Part shown: positions 45,885 to 56,424 of the stretch, piece by piece
Numbering within the stretch: position 1 is the first letter of the stretch
Layout: the number at the start of each line of letters is the position of its first letter
From: Thermovirgaceae bacterium
Lineage (GTDB): Bacteria > Synergistota > Synergistia > Synergistales > Thermovirgaceae
Assembly (NCBI GenBank): GCA_040767805.1
Contig: JAXGNU010000003.1
Span: forward strand, 130,961-194,960
DNA length: 64,000 nucleotides
Direction of reading: 5' to 3'
Position numbers and translations under genes: made by a program
The notes under the pieces: generated by a model
Databases searched by the model: none
The model's input: only the letters and a program-made list of their open reading frames with translations
What the model was told of the DNA's origin: nothing

Positions 45885-47617
45885 CGGCCTGTTGCCCAAA
45901 TAGTGTTTCTTGAGGTGGAAGTGCCTGAGGAAGCACCTGAATACCCTTAAAATAAGTGTAGGCAGCGCGAGGGGGTGCTCTCCATGATGGGTATTCAGGA
46001 GCCCGACGGCGGCAAATTCTTTTACACCAACATAAGCATCGCTGAAAGGGTCCGCAGGGACCACCCGCTCCGGAAGATAGCGGCGAGGGTGGACTTTGAC
46101 TTCATCTACCGCGAAGTATTGGACAAGTACGGGACGAGGGGCAACGTATCGGTTCCTCCCCCGGTGATACTGAAGCTGATGCTTCTTTTGGTCTTTTACA
46201 ACGTCCGGTCCGAGCGCGAGCTCATGGCCACCCTTCCGGAGAGGCTGGACTGGCTCTGGTTCCTGGGTTACGACCTCGACACGAAGATCCCCGACCACAG
46301 CGTCCTCTCCAAGGCTCGTAAGCGCTGGGGTGCGGAGGTGTTCAGGAACTTCTTCGAGCGGATAGTGATCCAGTGCGTCGAGGCGGGGTTGGTGGACGGC
46401 GGCAAGATCTTTGTCGACGCCAGCCTTGTCGAGGCCGACGCATCGAACAACTCCGTAATAGACACCCAGTCCCTGAAGCACCAGCTCAAGAAGAATTACA
46501 GGGAACTTGAAGCCCGGCTCGCGGAGCGGCAAAGGAGTTACGGGAGCGAAGAGAACGAAGAGAGCGAAGAGAGCGAAGAGAATGAAGAGGATGAAGAGGA
46601 TGAAAAGGGCGAAGAGAGCGGTGATGACATCGGGTTCGGGGGAGGCGGTGGCGAAGTAAGTCCCGCCCGCAGCGGCAGATACCGCAAGGTCAACGGCCGG
46701 TACATATCCAGCACGGACCCCGACGCGGCCATAGTGGGCAGGGGCAAGCCGGACCTCTTCTACCAGGTCCACCGGTCGGTGGATGAAGCCCACGAGATCA
46801 TCACCGCCACGGCCGTCACCCCCGGTGACGTAAGCGAGGGTCACATGCTGGAAGAACTGCTTCGAAGGCACCGCGAAACGACGGGCAAGCCGGCCTCCAC
46901 GGTGGTGGCCGACAGCAAGTACGGCACGATAGACAATTTCCTGTCCCTTTACGACCAGGGGATAAAGGCGCACATGCCGGACCTTTGCCGGTCCGCGTCG
47001 GTCCGGGAAGAGAAGCGGGGCATATTCACCGAGGCCCACTTCCGGTACGACCGTGAAAGGGACATCTACCTCTGCCCTGCGGGGAAGGAACTGAAACCGA
47101 AGAGCCTTCACCGGGGCCGTGGCAGCATCGACTACGGGGCTTCCAGGGCCGACTGCGAGGTCTGCCCCCTTCGGTCCGGTTGCACCACCAACAAAGCGGG
47201 CAGGACCGTAAAGCGGCATTGCCGTCAGGAAGACCTGGACGTGATGCTGGAGGAAAGCCGAAGCAAAGCTTCGAAGAAGGACATAAAGAAGAGGCAGCAC
47301 CTCATGGAGCGCTCCTTCGCCAGGGGCAAGCGTTACGGCTATGACCGCGCCCGCTGGAGGAGGTTATGGAGGGTGAGCATCCAGGAATACCTGGTCTGTG
47401 CCGTACAGAACATCCAGGTGCTGTTGAAGCGGGGCGGCGGACCCGTTAAGGACCCGGCGGTGATAGCCCGGGTCCTGAAGGTGGCTCATACCAGGTCCTT
47501 TGTTCTTTTTTCAAAGATTCTCAAACGATTCAGCTTTGCTCGCAAGGGACAAGCGATCACCTGTTCAGCCTGACCCGCCTTTTACAGAACTCAGGGGCTT
47601 AATTGAGCAACAGACCG
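45885..47617 (+). mobile_element. IS1182-family insertion sequence, copy 2, inserted in a variant repeat (GGTGTCAAATCTGTA, 45870-45884); no target duplication retained
   Basis: Ends CGGCCTGTTGCCCAA and TTGAGCAACAGACCG; near-identical to copy 1. Confidence 0.88.
45975..47573 (+). CDS. IS1182-family DDE transposase
   Basis: Near-identical to 41328-42914. Confidence 0.92.
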   Translation: MLSMMGIQEPDGGKFFYTNISIAERVRRDHPLRKIAARVDFDFIYREVLDKYGTRGNVSVPPPVILKLMLLLVFYNVRSERELMATLPERLDWLWFLGYDLDTKIPDHSVLSKARKRWGAEVFRNFFERIVIQCVEAGLVDGGKIFVDASLVEADASNNSVIDTQSLKHQLKKNYRELEARLAERQRSYGSEENEESEESEENEEDEEDEKGEESGDDIGFGGGGGEVSPARSGRYRKVNGRYISSTDPDAAIVGRGKPDLFYQVHRSVDEAHEIITATAVTPGDVSEGHMLEELLRRHRETTGKPASTVVADSKYGTIDNFLSLYDQGIKAHMPDLCRSASVREEKRGIFTEAHFRYDRERDIYLCPAGKELKPKSLHRGRGSIDYGASRADCEVCPLRSGCTTNKAGRTVKRHCRQEDLDVMLEESRSKASKKDIKKRQHLMERSFARGKRYGYDRARWRRLWRVSIQEYLVCAVQNIQVLLKRGGGPVKDPAVIARVLKVAHTRSFVLFSKILKRFSFARKGQAITCSA

Positions 47618-47721
47618 TTAAGCAATCACCAATAATAATTAAGGAATGGCTGTACGGCAAAAATAAATGTCAGATTATGCTATGCTAATGTCCTGCCGTA
47701 CAGCCCTTTTTAACATGCCAA

Positions 47722-48738
47722 CTATTTGTTATATTGCATTGCTAAATCGATTAATTCTTCGCCATATTGTTTAGCATATTCCTCATAGAGGGGGCCAGCT
47801 GCCTCCCTAAACTTCGATTTTTGCTCTAAGGTTAAATCATTAATCTTCATACCCAAAGCTTTCAGCTCATCAATTAGCTCGGTATCTTGCTGATATGCCA
47901 CTTCTCTCTGTGCTTTTTCCCATGATTTTCCAGCCTCAATTACGATAGTTTGATATTCCTTAGGCAAGCTATCAAGAAAAGATTTACTAAAGAATAGTAC
48001 CGCTGTGCCATACACATGACCTGTGAGAGAACAATAATCTTGAACTTCGTTTAACTTGGATGTATAGATTATTGAGATTGGATTTTCTTGTGCGTCAACT
48101 GTTCCCTGTTGTAAAGCAGTATAAAGCTCTCCAAAAGACATTGGTGTGGGATTCGCGCCCCAAAGTTTAAAAGCACGGACGTGATAAGGAGTTTCCATTG
48201 TCCTAATCTTAAGTCCCTTCAAATCTTCTGGCTTATATACCGGCCCTCTGTTATTGGTGACGTTACGGAAACCATTTTCTCCCCAGGCAAGAATAACCAT
48301 GTTATTTTTTAAACATATTTCATTGAACTTTTCGCCGAAATCGCCGTCGAAAGCTGCCCGTGCTGCTTTATGGGTGTCAAACAAATAAGGTAGATCCATA
48401 ACGGATGCCCTATCATCATAATTTAATAATGTAGAGCCTATTGCAACCGAGGCCTCTAGCGTGCCAATACTGACCGACTCTACTGTTTGCCTATCTGATC
48501 CCAACTGCGCATTGGCATACAGTTCGACGACGATATCACCATTTGTCTTTTCCTCAATTTGTTTTTTAAAAGCCTCTTCCAAGGTAAGGTGAGAAGCATG
48601 AGTTTCAGCGAGCACATGACCGAGGCGTATCGTGTACTTAGCCGCTTTTGCTTCCACTGGCATGGAGGAAAGAACCACTAAACTTAATAGGGCAATAGCA
48701 CATATTGACACAACCCTTTTCATCATTGTTACATACAC
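47722..48738 (-). CDS. dctP: TRAP transporter substrate-binding protein DctP
   Basis: Signal peptide; QLGSD, ENGFR, DLKGLKIR, ELYTALQQGTVDAQENP. Confidence 0.93.
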   Translation of the reverse strand: MYVTMMKRVVSICAIALLSLVVLSSMPVEAKAAKYTIRLGHVLAETHASHLTLEEAFKKQIEEKTNGDIVVELYANAQLGSDRQTVESVSIGTLEASVAIGSTLLNYDDRASVMDLPYLFDTHKAARAAFDGDFGEKFNEICLKNNMVILAWGENGFRNVTNNRGPVYKPEDLKGLKIRTMETPYHVRAFKLWGANPTPMSFGELYTALQQGTVDAQENPISIIYTSKLNEVQDYCSLTGHVYGTAVLFFSKSFLDSLPKEYQTIVIEAGKSWEKAQREVAYQQDTELIDELKALGMKINDLTLEQKSKFREAAGPLYEEYAKQYGEELIDLAMQYNK

Positions 48739-48891
48739 CTCTCTTCAATGGATTTTACCCTCTCTTAAAGACGCTACTACTTTAAACACAGTGGCCTCAA
48801 TCTGTCAATCTAAAGCTCCCCTCCCCCCCTTTTAATAAAATTACCGCTACCTATTATTACTACCACGACACTTGAGTTACAATACTTTTTT

Positions 48892-50303
48892 CAGACTTGT
48901 CCAAAATAGCTTTTTACAGAAATTAGAAGTGCCTCCCGCAACCTTGGAATATTATTATTTTGCCAACACAACAAACCCCTTAGAGGAGGCAAACCAATGC
49001 TGAAGGTTGCAAGCCTGTTCAGTTAAACACTTGGTCAAGTTACGCGTGTCGATTTTAAGAAATTGGTTGTCAAACACGGTGCCGAGCGTCATTCAAAAGG
49101 CTTTCGTTCCTGGACTCAGTTTGTTTCAATGCTTTTTTGTTATCTTGCAAGGTCTGATTCCTCGCGTTAGATATGCCACGGTCTACAAAGTTGCAACGGA
49201 AAGCTCGTACATCTGGGTGTAAACAGGAATCCTAACAAATCGACTCTCTCTTATTCCAATGAACATCGCCCCAGCGAACTCTTCGTGGATCTTTTCTGGG
49301 ACCTTCTGGGCAAGTTCAGGGCATCGGCCAATCTGGGGGGCATGAACAAAACCAGGTTCAGGTTCAAGAACAAGCTACTTCTTTTCGATTCGATAACGCT
49401 CTGTCTATCCCTTTTCCCATGGGCCAAAGTCAGACATCAAAAGGGGAGGTATCAAGCTCCAAGTCCTTCTGGATAGCAACGACAATATGCCTTCTTTTGT
49501 CCATATAACCGAAGCAAAGATGCGCGACAGCAACGTAACGCAACTTCTTTCACTGCCTGCGGAATCTATAATCGCTCTGGATCTGGCTTATATCGACTTC
49601 GACCTCTTCAGGAAATGGAACGAAAAAAGGCCTTCTTCGTGACGAGGACGAAAAAGAATGCATCATACGTTGTCACGGAACGACTAAGGATCCCCCAGAA
49701 CAGCAATGTGCTCAAAGACGAGATCGTCTGTCCCTCGGGCATGGGAATCTGGGAGAAATATCCGCTCCCCTTGGGAAGGGCCGTGGTATGGGACGACAAG
49801 AATAAAACAGGGATCACCCTTCTCACCAATCATCTGAGGTTCGGATCCACCACAATAAGTTCTATCTACTAAGAGCGATGGCAGAAAGAGGTCTTCCTCA
49901 AGACCCTGAAACAGAACCTCAAGGTCTAAACCTTTATAGGGGTGAGTAAGAACGCTCTTCGCATCCAGATTTGGACAGCTCTTATTGCTCTACTGGTTAT
50001 CAAGTGGATGTACCATTGTTTAAAGGCTGGCTGGTCGTTCTCGAATATGGCAGTAATGTTTAGTCTGAATCTCTTTACCTACAGGGATTTAGACAAATGG
50101 CGAGGGCGAATCCTACGCCGCACTGCCTTTGATACCTGAGCCTGAAGAGTTGCGACTGGCCCTGCGTTGATTTGGACAGCCTGTTTAATTTCAAGGTTCA
50201 AAAGAAAAGAGAGACCAGGTTTCAAGCTTGCCTAATTTTGCCTCCAGAACCGTTGCGGTTACTGGATTATGTTTTCTATTTCAGTTTATTTTGGACAACT
50301 GTG
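48892..50303 (+). mobile_element. Decayed IS4-family element (transposase pseudogene with stops and frameshifts) between dctM and dctP
   Basis: IRs CAGACTTGTCCAAAATA and TTATTTTGGACAACTGTG; fragments KSTLSYSN..RP, FFVTR.K, LLTNHL, Y*ERW..E.F.K.LKQNL, SKNALRIQIW. Confidence 0.8.
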
Positions 50304-50351
50304 ATTGCTCCTGGTTTGTATCAACCCATGAACCCTGACAATGCACCTCGG

Positions 50352-51632
50352 TTACTGAAACAATCCGGGTAAAAACATTGAAAGCTGCGGGATATAAGTA
50401 ACAAATACTAAAGCAATCATCATAGCTAAAATTAACGGCCAGACAAAACGATAAATTTTATACACGCTTATACCTGAAATGGCTGATGCAATAAACAGGT
50501 TTGAACCGTAAGGTGGGGTCACAAAACCAATTGAAAGGTTAATAGTGAGGAAAATCCCAAAATGAATTGGGTCTACTCCCAATGCCATGACGACGGGGAG
50601 AAAAATAGGTGCTAAAATGACGCAGGACGAAATATTATCAATAAAACAACCTACAATTAATAAAAAAATGTTTATCAGGATAAGAATCACAAAAGGGCTC
50701 ACATCTAAATTTATAAGGTATTTGCCTACAAGGGCAGGTACTTGCTTCATGGTCACAAGGTGGGCAAATGATACTGATAATCCTAAAATAAAAGTCACGG
50801 CACCATTCACAAGCATCGTATCCCGAAACGAAGCATAAAGGTTTTTAAGGTCCAATTCTTTATAAACGAAACATCCGATAATAACTGCGTATACTGCTGC
50901 TACAACAGCCGCTTCTGTAGGTGTAAAAACACCACCATAAATGCCACCTAGAATGATAACAGGGACAAGAATCGCCCATATGGCATCAATCAATGAATGC
51001 ATTATCATTTTAAAAGAAGCCTTCTCACTTTTCCCTCGGTACCCGTGTTTTTTACAAATTATGTAATTAGCTAGCATAAGCAAAAAAGTCATAAGGATTC
51101 CAGGTATGATCCCTGCAATAAAAAGTGCCCCTATCGATGTACCTGTTACAACTCCATAAATAACAAAAGGAATGCTCGGAGGAATAATTACTCCTATCGA
51201 CCCAGCAGCTGCTGTGAGGGCTGCAGCATAGCCCTCAGGATAATTCTTGTCTCGCATTTCCGGAATCATAAAAGAGCCTATCGCAGATACTGTAGCATTA
51301 GCAGAACCTGAAATAGCACCAAAAAACATGCATGCCAGAGTTGTTACCATAGCAAGTCCCCCGGTTAGATGTCCAACGAGCGTATCCGCTAGATCCAATA
51401 AACGCCTTGAAATTCCTCCATAACGCATCAAGTTACCTGCAAGAATAAAGAAAGGTATTGCCATAAGCGGGAACGAATCCAATCCTGCAAACGCGTTCTG
51501 TGCGACCATCAGCGTAGGTATCTGCGAAAATATGGTGAGCGTCAACACCGTCGTTACTCCAATAGCTATACCTATAGGGACACTTAAAGACAACAATGTA
51601 AGCAGAAGAACGAAAAGAGAAAAAATCATCAT
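50352..51632 (-). CDS. dctM: TRAP transporter large permease DctM
   Basis: SFPLMAIPFFILAG, FGAISGS, IIPPSIP, FTPTEA, TPPYG. Confidence 0.94.
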   Translation of the reverse strand: MMIFSLFVLLLTLLSLSVPIGIAIGVTTVLTLTIFSQIPTLMVAQNAFAGLDSFPLMAIPFFILAGNLMRYGGISRRLLDLADTLVGHLTGGLAMVTTLACMFFGAISGSANATVSAIGSFMIPEMRDKNYPEGYAAALTAAAGSIGVIIPPSIPFVIYGVVTGTSIGALFIAGIIPGILMTFLLMLANYIICKKHGYRGKSEKASFKMIMHSLIDAIWAILVPVIILGGIYGGVFTPTEAAVVAAVYAVIIGCFVYKELDLKNLYASFRDTMLVNGAVTFILGLSVSFAHLVTMKQVPALVGKYLINLDVSPFVILILINIFLLIVGCFIDNISSCVILAPIFLPVVMALGVDPIHFGIFLTINLSIGFVTPPYGSNLFIASAISGISVYKIYRFVWPLILAMMIALVFVTYIPQLSMFLPGLFQ

Positions 51633-52129
51633 TAATCATCATCTCCTTCCGATGACAAGCCAAGTCCAAGTACCATTCTCTGACAAAGACGAAAGGACAT
51701 AAGAATGCATCCCACTGGGACAGAAAGATAGGCCCAACCCATGGGAAGGCGAAGAGCAGATGATAATTGCATACTTTGGAATAATCTACTTGTTAATTCC
51801 GATGATTTAACTGTAAGAAAAATACAGAAAGTAATCCATATAATAAAAACCAACCAATCAAGTTTTCTCTGCGCCTTTTTACTTAAATATACCTTAATTG
51901 CCTCAATACGAATATGAGATGCTTCTCTGACAGCAAGACTTGCACCTAGCCACGTTTGCCAGACAAACAGATATCTTGCTAATTCTTCACTCCAATATAA
52001 AGATGACTGAAAGACGTACCTCATGACTACTTGACTGAATACAAGAATAACAGTAAATACAAGAGATGGCACAAGAATCAACTCTTCAAATCTTTTATTA
52101 AGAAATCTCAAAAAAGCCATTTGTCTCAT
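51632..52129 (-). CDS. dctQ: TRAP transporter small permease DctQ
   Basis: QVVMRY, WSEELAR, HIRI; four TM segments. Confidence 0.92.
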   Translation of the reverse strand: MRQMAFLRFLNKRFEELILVPSLVFTVILVFSQVVMRYVFQSSLYWSEELARYLFVWQTWLGASLAVREASHIRIEAIKVYLSKKAQRKLDWLVFIIWITFCIFLTVKSSELTSRLFQSMQLSSALRLPMGWAYLSVPVGCILMSFRLCQRMVLGLGLSSEGDDD

Positions 52130-52187
52130 TGATCATCTCACCCTTTCATTAAGGCCTTATCATAAAATAATTAAAAACCGTTAAGGT

Positions 52188-53468
52188 TTATTCATCTCCC
52201 TCGTCAGAAAATGTTAATGGAGCTAAATCTGAAATAAGTTTAATTTTATTGTTTCTCTTTACTTCTCCCAAGATTGATTCTGACACTTGTATTTCTTTTA
52301 ATTCCATTGTATTTTTTATTCGAACTAATCTTGTTTCCTCAGGAGATGTCCTTTTTGAACATAAGATTGCGAACATAATTGCATCTCGTTCATTGTTTAG
52401 GACCATTGGCAACTTGGCTCCTTCTGGAGACGCTACAGCAATAGAATTAGTATATACTTTTCCATAATCAATCGCGTTAGCTACTTTTCTAGTAGTAATA
52501 TCTGCCATTGATAACCCCGTAGCATGCCCCTTAGTCGCTTTTGATAAACCCAATACAACAATTCTATTTATTTTAATAAAATCGAATCCTTTTACATTGA
52601 GAACGGTCCTGCCTATTACATTTGGATCCATTCCCGCTCCACTGATATCTTTGCCTATCTCATCAACAACCAATACATCAATGTCGTCAAAAAAAATTTT
52701 AGCCATATTCTTTTTTGCAATTTCTAACAATTTTGGTTCCGCTGATATAATTTCATTCTTTTTCAGAATAGTAATTCTTGCAGTATTGTGGTAAGCATTA
52801 TCAACGATACCTAACGCAAACAAAATTGGAGTTCTTGCAATGCACAATTCAGCTATTTCAGGCAAGAGCCACGGAAAGTTTTGCATACCTTCTTTATGAA
52901 TCGCACAAGCACCTTTGTGGTTACCAAGCCCAATCGCTAACATCTTACAAAGGCCACTTTCAATATCAGCTCGAAAATCCGTATGAGGCTTTATCCGGTT
53001 ACAAACAACAATACCGTCAGCTTCTAAAGCATATTTATCAAAATAAACTGGTATTTTACCTCGCACATGACCAAGGCATACTGTGTCTAAAGAGGACTCG
53101 ATTTTCATTTTAACATTTTTTTCTGTAACCCCTAAATTTTCTAATACTTCTACTTGTCCTAATGATGAGGCATTTCCATGACTCCCCATCGCGGGGATCA
53201 CAAACGGTTCTGCTCCTTTGGATTTAAGAAACTCGCCTAACGCGAATATTATTCTAGCGATATTTGGGATACCCCTGCTCCCAGCAGTTATTGCAATGCG
53301 TTTTCCGTTAAAGTCCATCATCCTGACTTTCGTAAACTCTGCCCTTAGGGCGTCGGTAATGTCTTCAACTTTTTCCTGGGGAAAAGACTGCTCAACGCTA
53401 GCCATAAGAGGGAAAACAAATTGATGACACATTGGGATACGATAATCAATTTTTTTTAACCAGGACAT
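52188..53468 (-). CDS. Lactate racemase (LarA)-superfamily / DUF2088-like protein
   Basis: AITAGSRGI, PAMGSHG, NRIKPHT.F, ESGL.KM.AIGLG.H.GA, GKDISG.GMD. Confidence 0.78.
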   Translation of the reverse strand: MSWLKKIDYRIPMCHQFVFPLMASVEQSFPQEKVEDITDALRAEFTKVRMMDFNGKRIAITAGSRGIPNIARIIFALGEFLKSKGAEPFVIPAMGSHGNASSLGQVEVLENLGVTEKNVKMKIESSLDTVCLGHVRGKIPVYFDKYALEADGIVVCNRIKPHTDFRADIESGLCKMLAIGLGNHKGACAIHKEGMQNFPWLLPEIAELCIARTPILFALGIVDNAYHNTARITILKKNEIISAEPKLLEIAKKNMAKIFFDDIDVLVVDEIGKDISGAGMDPNVIGRTVLNVKGFDFIKINRIVVLGLSKATKGHATGLSMADITTRKVANAIDYGKVYTNSIAVASPEGAKLPMVLNNERDAIMFAILCSKRTSPEETRLVRIKNTMELKEIQVSESILGEVKRNNKIKLISDLAPLTFSDEGDE

Positions 53469-54214
53469 AGAAATCTCCTTGAAATTAATTATTAATCCGA
53501 CGAAACATAGTAAAAGGGTACCGGCTTAGACAAATATTAAAAACCATTGTGACATCGAAAAGAATTTGGAAAATACCCGAGAATTATTTGAAGCCATATT
53601 TCGGTAACTAGTTAAGAATCCCCATTGGATTTAAGATTGAAAACCTGGACATATCAAGCATCAACTATTTAAATCGATACACCATAGCAATCCGTTCTCG
53701 CACTACTTTTTAATTCAAAGTCGAATCTCCTTTCTAAGAAGAAGCACAAGTCGGCGAAAGTATCTTAGGAGCTCAAAGATTTAAAGGCCTGTTGTTTTTA
53801 AGCCTTCTAGAAGACCACAGTATTCGGAATCTTTATACACAACGGCAGAGCCAATGCTGAGGTCGTATCCAATTGCAAGAAAACGGCTCTACAAGCAGTC
53901 ATACAGTGGCGAGTCGACTCTCGGACGGGTTATAAAGCGATAAATGGCAAAGTTGCGATGAACTCGTCGATCTTGAGTGCAAGATATATTTTTGTGTGGA
54001 CCTGGTCATAATGAATACGCCCTAGTCAGAACCCATATAAAACAAAATCAAAACCTATTGATGTTTTGCTAAAATGCGATTGTCAAAGTGCAGAGGTATG
54101 AGCCACAAAAATTTCTCCTTGCAACTGGAACAATGCGATTTGCGGTTCAATAATCGCGATTAGGGCCACTACTAGCTCTTGGATAATATATTTCAATAAA
54201 ACCTCCAACATTAA

Positions 54215-55408
54215 TCATTTTACAAGCTTACCCCCTCTACCTAGGCATTCGTTGTAGTAGACAACGAACAGTTCCATAGCCCGCTTGATTTGCTCTATGT
54301 CAATCGTGTAGGCGATCCTCACTCTGTTCTTAATGCCGAAGGCATCGCCAGGAGTCACAGCTACACCGAATTTGTTCATAAGGCCAACCGCGAACTCAAC
54401 GGGGGTCATTTCAAGTTTTTCAATGGATGGCAAAACATAGAACGCTCCTTTTGGGGAGGGGAAATCCGCTCCGGGGCATTGTCTCAATGCAGCAACAACA
54501 ACATCCCGCCGCTTTTTAAATTCGTCACAAATCAAAGATGTATAACCTGAACTCTTACGGAATGCCTCCGCAGCTCCATATTGGGAAAATGACGGTGCGC
54601 AGCTGGTAAGCATCAGATGGGACTTGGCGATGTAAGGGACTACTTGTGGTGGCATACTGGCGTAACCTATACGCCAACCCGTCATTGCAAAAGTCTTCGA
54701 TACAGAGTTGACATAGAGAACCTGGTTACTGATCTGCGGATACTTTAGCGGGCTGACATGTTTTTCCTCGTAAATTATCGCCGAGTAACATTCATCGGTC
54801 AAAAGCCAGATATCTTTTCCCTTGATGAACTCCACTAGTTTTTCCAAATCAGACTTGTTGACAACACACCCCGAAGGATTATTGGGTGAGTTGATTATGA
54901 TCATTTTTGTTTTTTCTGTGACCGCAGCAGATATCCTATCAATGTCCAATCCATAGTATTCACCCAGGTCAGCGGGCACTTCCACAGGAATCACACCAGC
55001 AAAGAAGCACTGTTCCTTGTAGGCCACATAACATGGGGTCAGCAAAATGACTTCATCTCCATGGTCCAGCAGCCCAAGCAACAACGCCATAAGTGCCTCT
55101 TCGGCACCGCATGTAACAACGATATTTTCCGAATCCAGAAACACTCCTCTTTTAGCTTCATGATCAACTATCGCCTTTCTGAGCTCCAGGATACCGTTCA
55201 TCGAAGTGTAGTGGGTCCGGCCGGAGTTTATCGCCTTAATACACGCTTGTCTGGCTTCAATGGGCGAGTCGAAATCCGGTTCACCTATCTCAAGGTGGAA
55301 TACCTTCTTGCCTTCAGATTGAAGTTTAAGGGCTGCCTCAAAAATATCTCTTATACCACCTTCAAACGAGCATTGCGATATCCGACTGCTCTTTTTATAA
55401 ATATTCAT
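54215..55408 (-). CDS. PLP-dependent class I/II aminotransferase (AspC-like)
   Basis: IGEPDF, NSPNNPSG, DECY, SKTFAMTGWRIG. Confidence 0.93.
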   Translation of the reverse strand: MNIYKKSSRISQCSFEGGIRDIFEAALKLQSEGKKVFHLEIGEPDFDSPIEARQACIKAINSGRTHYTSMNGILELRKAIVDHEAKRGVFLDSENIVVTCGAEEALMALLLGLLDHGDEVILLTPCYVAYKEQCFFAGVIPVEVPADLGEYYGLDIDRISAAVTEKTKMIIINSPNNPSGCVVNKSDLEKLVEFIKGKDIWLLTDECYSAIIYEEKHVSPLKYPQISNQVLYVNSVSKTFAMTGWRIGYASMPPQVVPYIAKSHLMLTSCAPSFSQYGAAEAFRKSSGYTSLICDEFKKRRDVVVAALRQCPGADFPSPKGAFYVLPSIEKLEMTPVEFAVGLMNKFGVAVTPGDAFGIKNRVRIAYTIDIEQIKRAMELFVVYYNECLGRGGKLVK

Positions 55409-56415
55409 CGATCTACTTTTCCCTTACCTTTCCATTGATTTTTTTCGATTGCGTTAAGTTGACCGACAGGTCTTTTACCCAGATATACGTCCCTGACTTC
55501 CTCTGCCGCGATTATCCTTAGTTTCTTAAGAGAGGAATTTGAATACCAAGCCGTGTGAGGGGTTATTAGGCACCCGGGTTCGTCAAATATGGGGTGGGTC
55601 ATGTCCGGTATGGGTTCCCCCTCTACTACATCCAGGGCGGCTCCTGCAATAATTCCGTGTTGAAGAGCATATGAAAGATCATCCAGATTTACAAGACCAC
55701 CCCGTGAGGTATTGATGATATTTGCAGTGGGTTTCATAAGTTTTAATTTCCTGATGTCAACAAAATATCGAGTTTTATCGTTGAGAGGGACGTGAATACT
55801 GACGACATCGGCAGTACGGAAAACATCGTCCATGTCCTCAATGACCTTCACGCCTATCTCTTCGCTTTTCTGCCTATTAATAAAGGGGTCATAAACAATA
55901 ACGTCCCCGAAGAGGCTCTTTGACTTTCTAGCCAATATCTGTCCTATCTGCCCAAAACCCAGAATGCCCAGGATTAGTTCCTGGAACTGATCAGTCGGAG
56001 GAAAATCCTCGAGTTTCCATGATTTGTCCCTGGTCACCCTCCAGGTATAATGCGGTAATTTCCTCACTAGTGATAATGCACAAGCAAGGGCATGGTCGGA
56101 GACCTCCTCAAGATTGAAGGCGGGAACGTTGCATACTATTATCCCTTTTGCTGTAGCTGCAGGAATATTGATATTCTCGACACCCATGCCGTGTCTTACA
56201 ATAATTCTACATTTTCTCATCAGCGATATTCTTTCTGCGGTTATTGGGGTAATATCACAAATAAGTCCGTCAATTTTTGGCAAATTTCTCTCGAATTCTT
56301 CTACGCTTCTAAGATGCAATACCTCAGATCCAACAGTTTTAAGGACCTCTGTCTCAATATCAATATCTTTGTAGTTAACGACACTGTATATTCCAGTTTT
56401 GAACTCGCTCATCAC
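55405..56415 (-). CDS. D-2-hydroxyacid dehydrogenase (SerA/CtBP-like)
   Basis: GFGQIG, SIHVPL, INTSRG, ALDV, TPHTAW. Confidence 0.92.
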   Translation of the reverse strand: MMSEFKTGIYSVVNYKDIDIETEVLKTVGSEVLHLRSVEEFERNLPKIDGLICDITPITAERISLMRKCRIIVRHGMGVENINIPAATAKGIIVCNVPAFNLEEVSDHALACALSLVRKLPHYTWRVTRDKSWKLEDFPPTDQFQELILGILGFGQIGQILARKSKSLFGDVIVYDPFINRQKSEEIGVKVIEDMDDVFRTADVVSIHVPLNDKTRYFVDIRKLKLMKPTANIINTSRGGLVNLDDLSYALQHGIIAGAALDVVEGEPIPDMTHPIFDEPGCLITPHTAWYSNSSLKKLRIIAAEEVRDVYLGKRPVGQLNAIEKNQWKGKGKVDR

Positions 56416-56424
56416 GACACACTC

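Noticed and set aside
41601..47300. Long ORFs 41601-43130 (+) and 45855-47300 (-)
   Set aside because: Antisense shadows of the IS1182 transposases.
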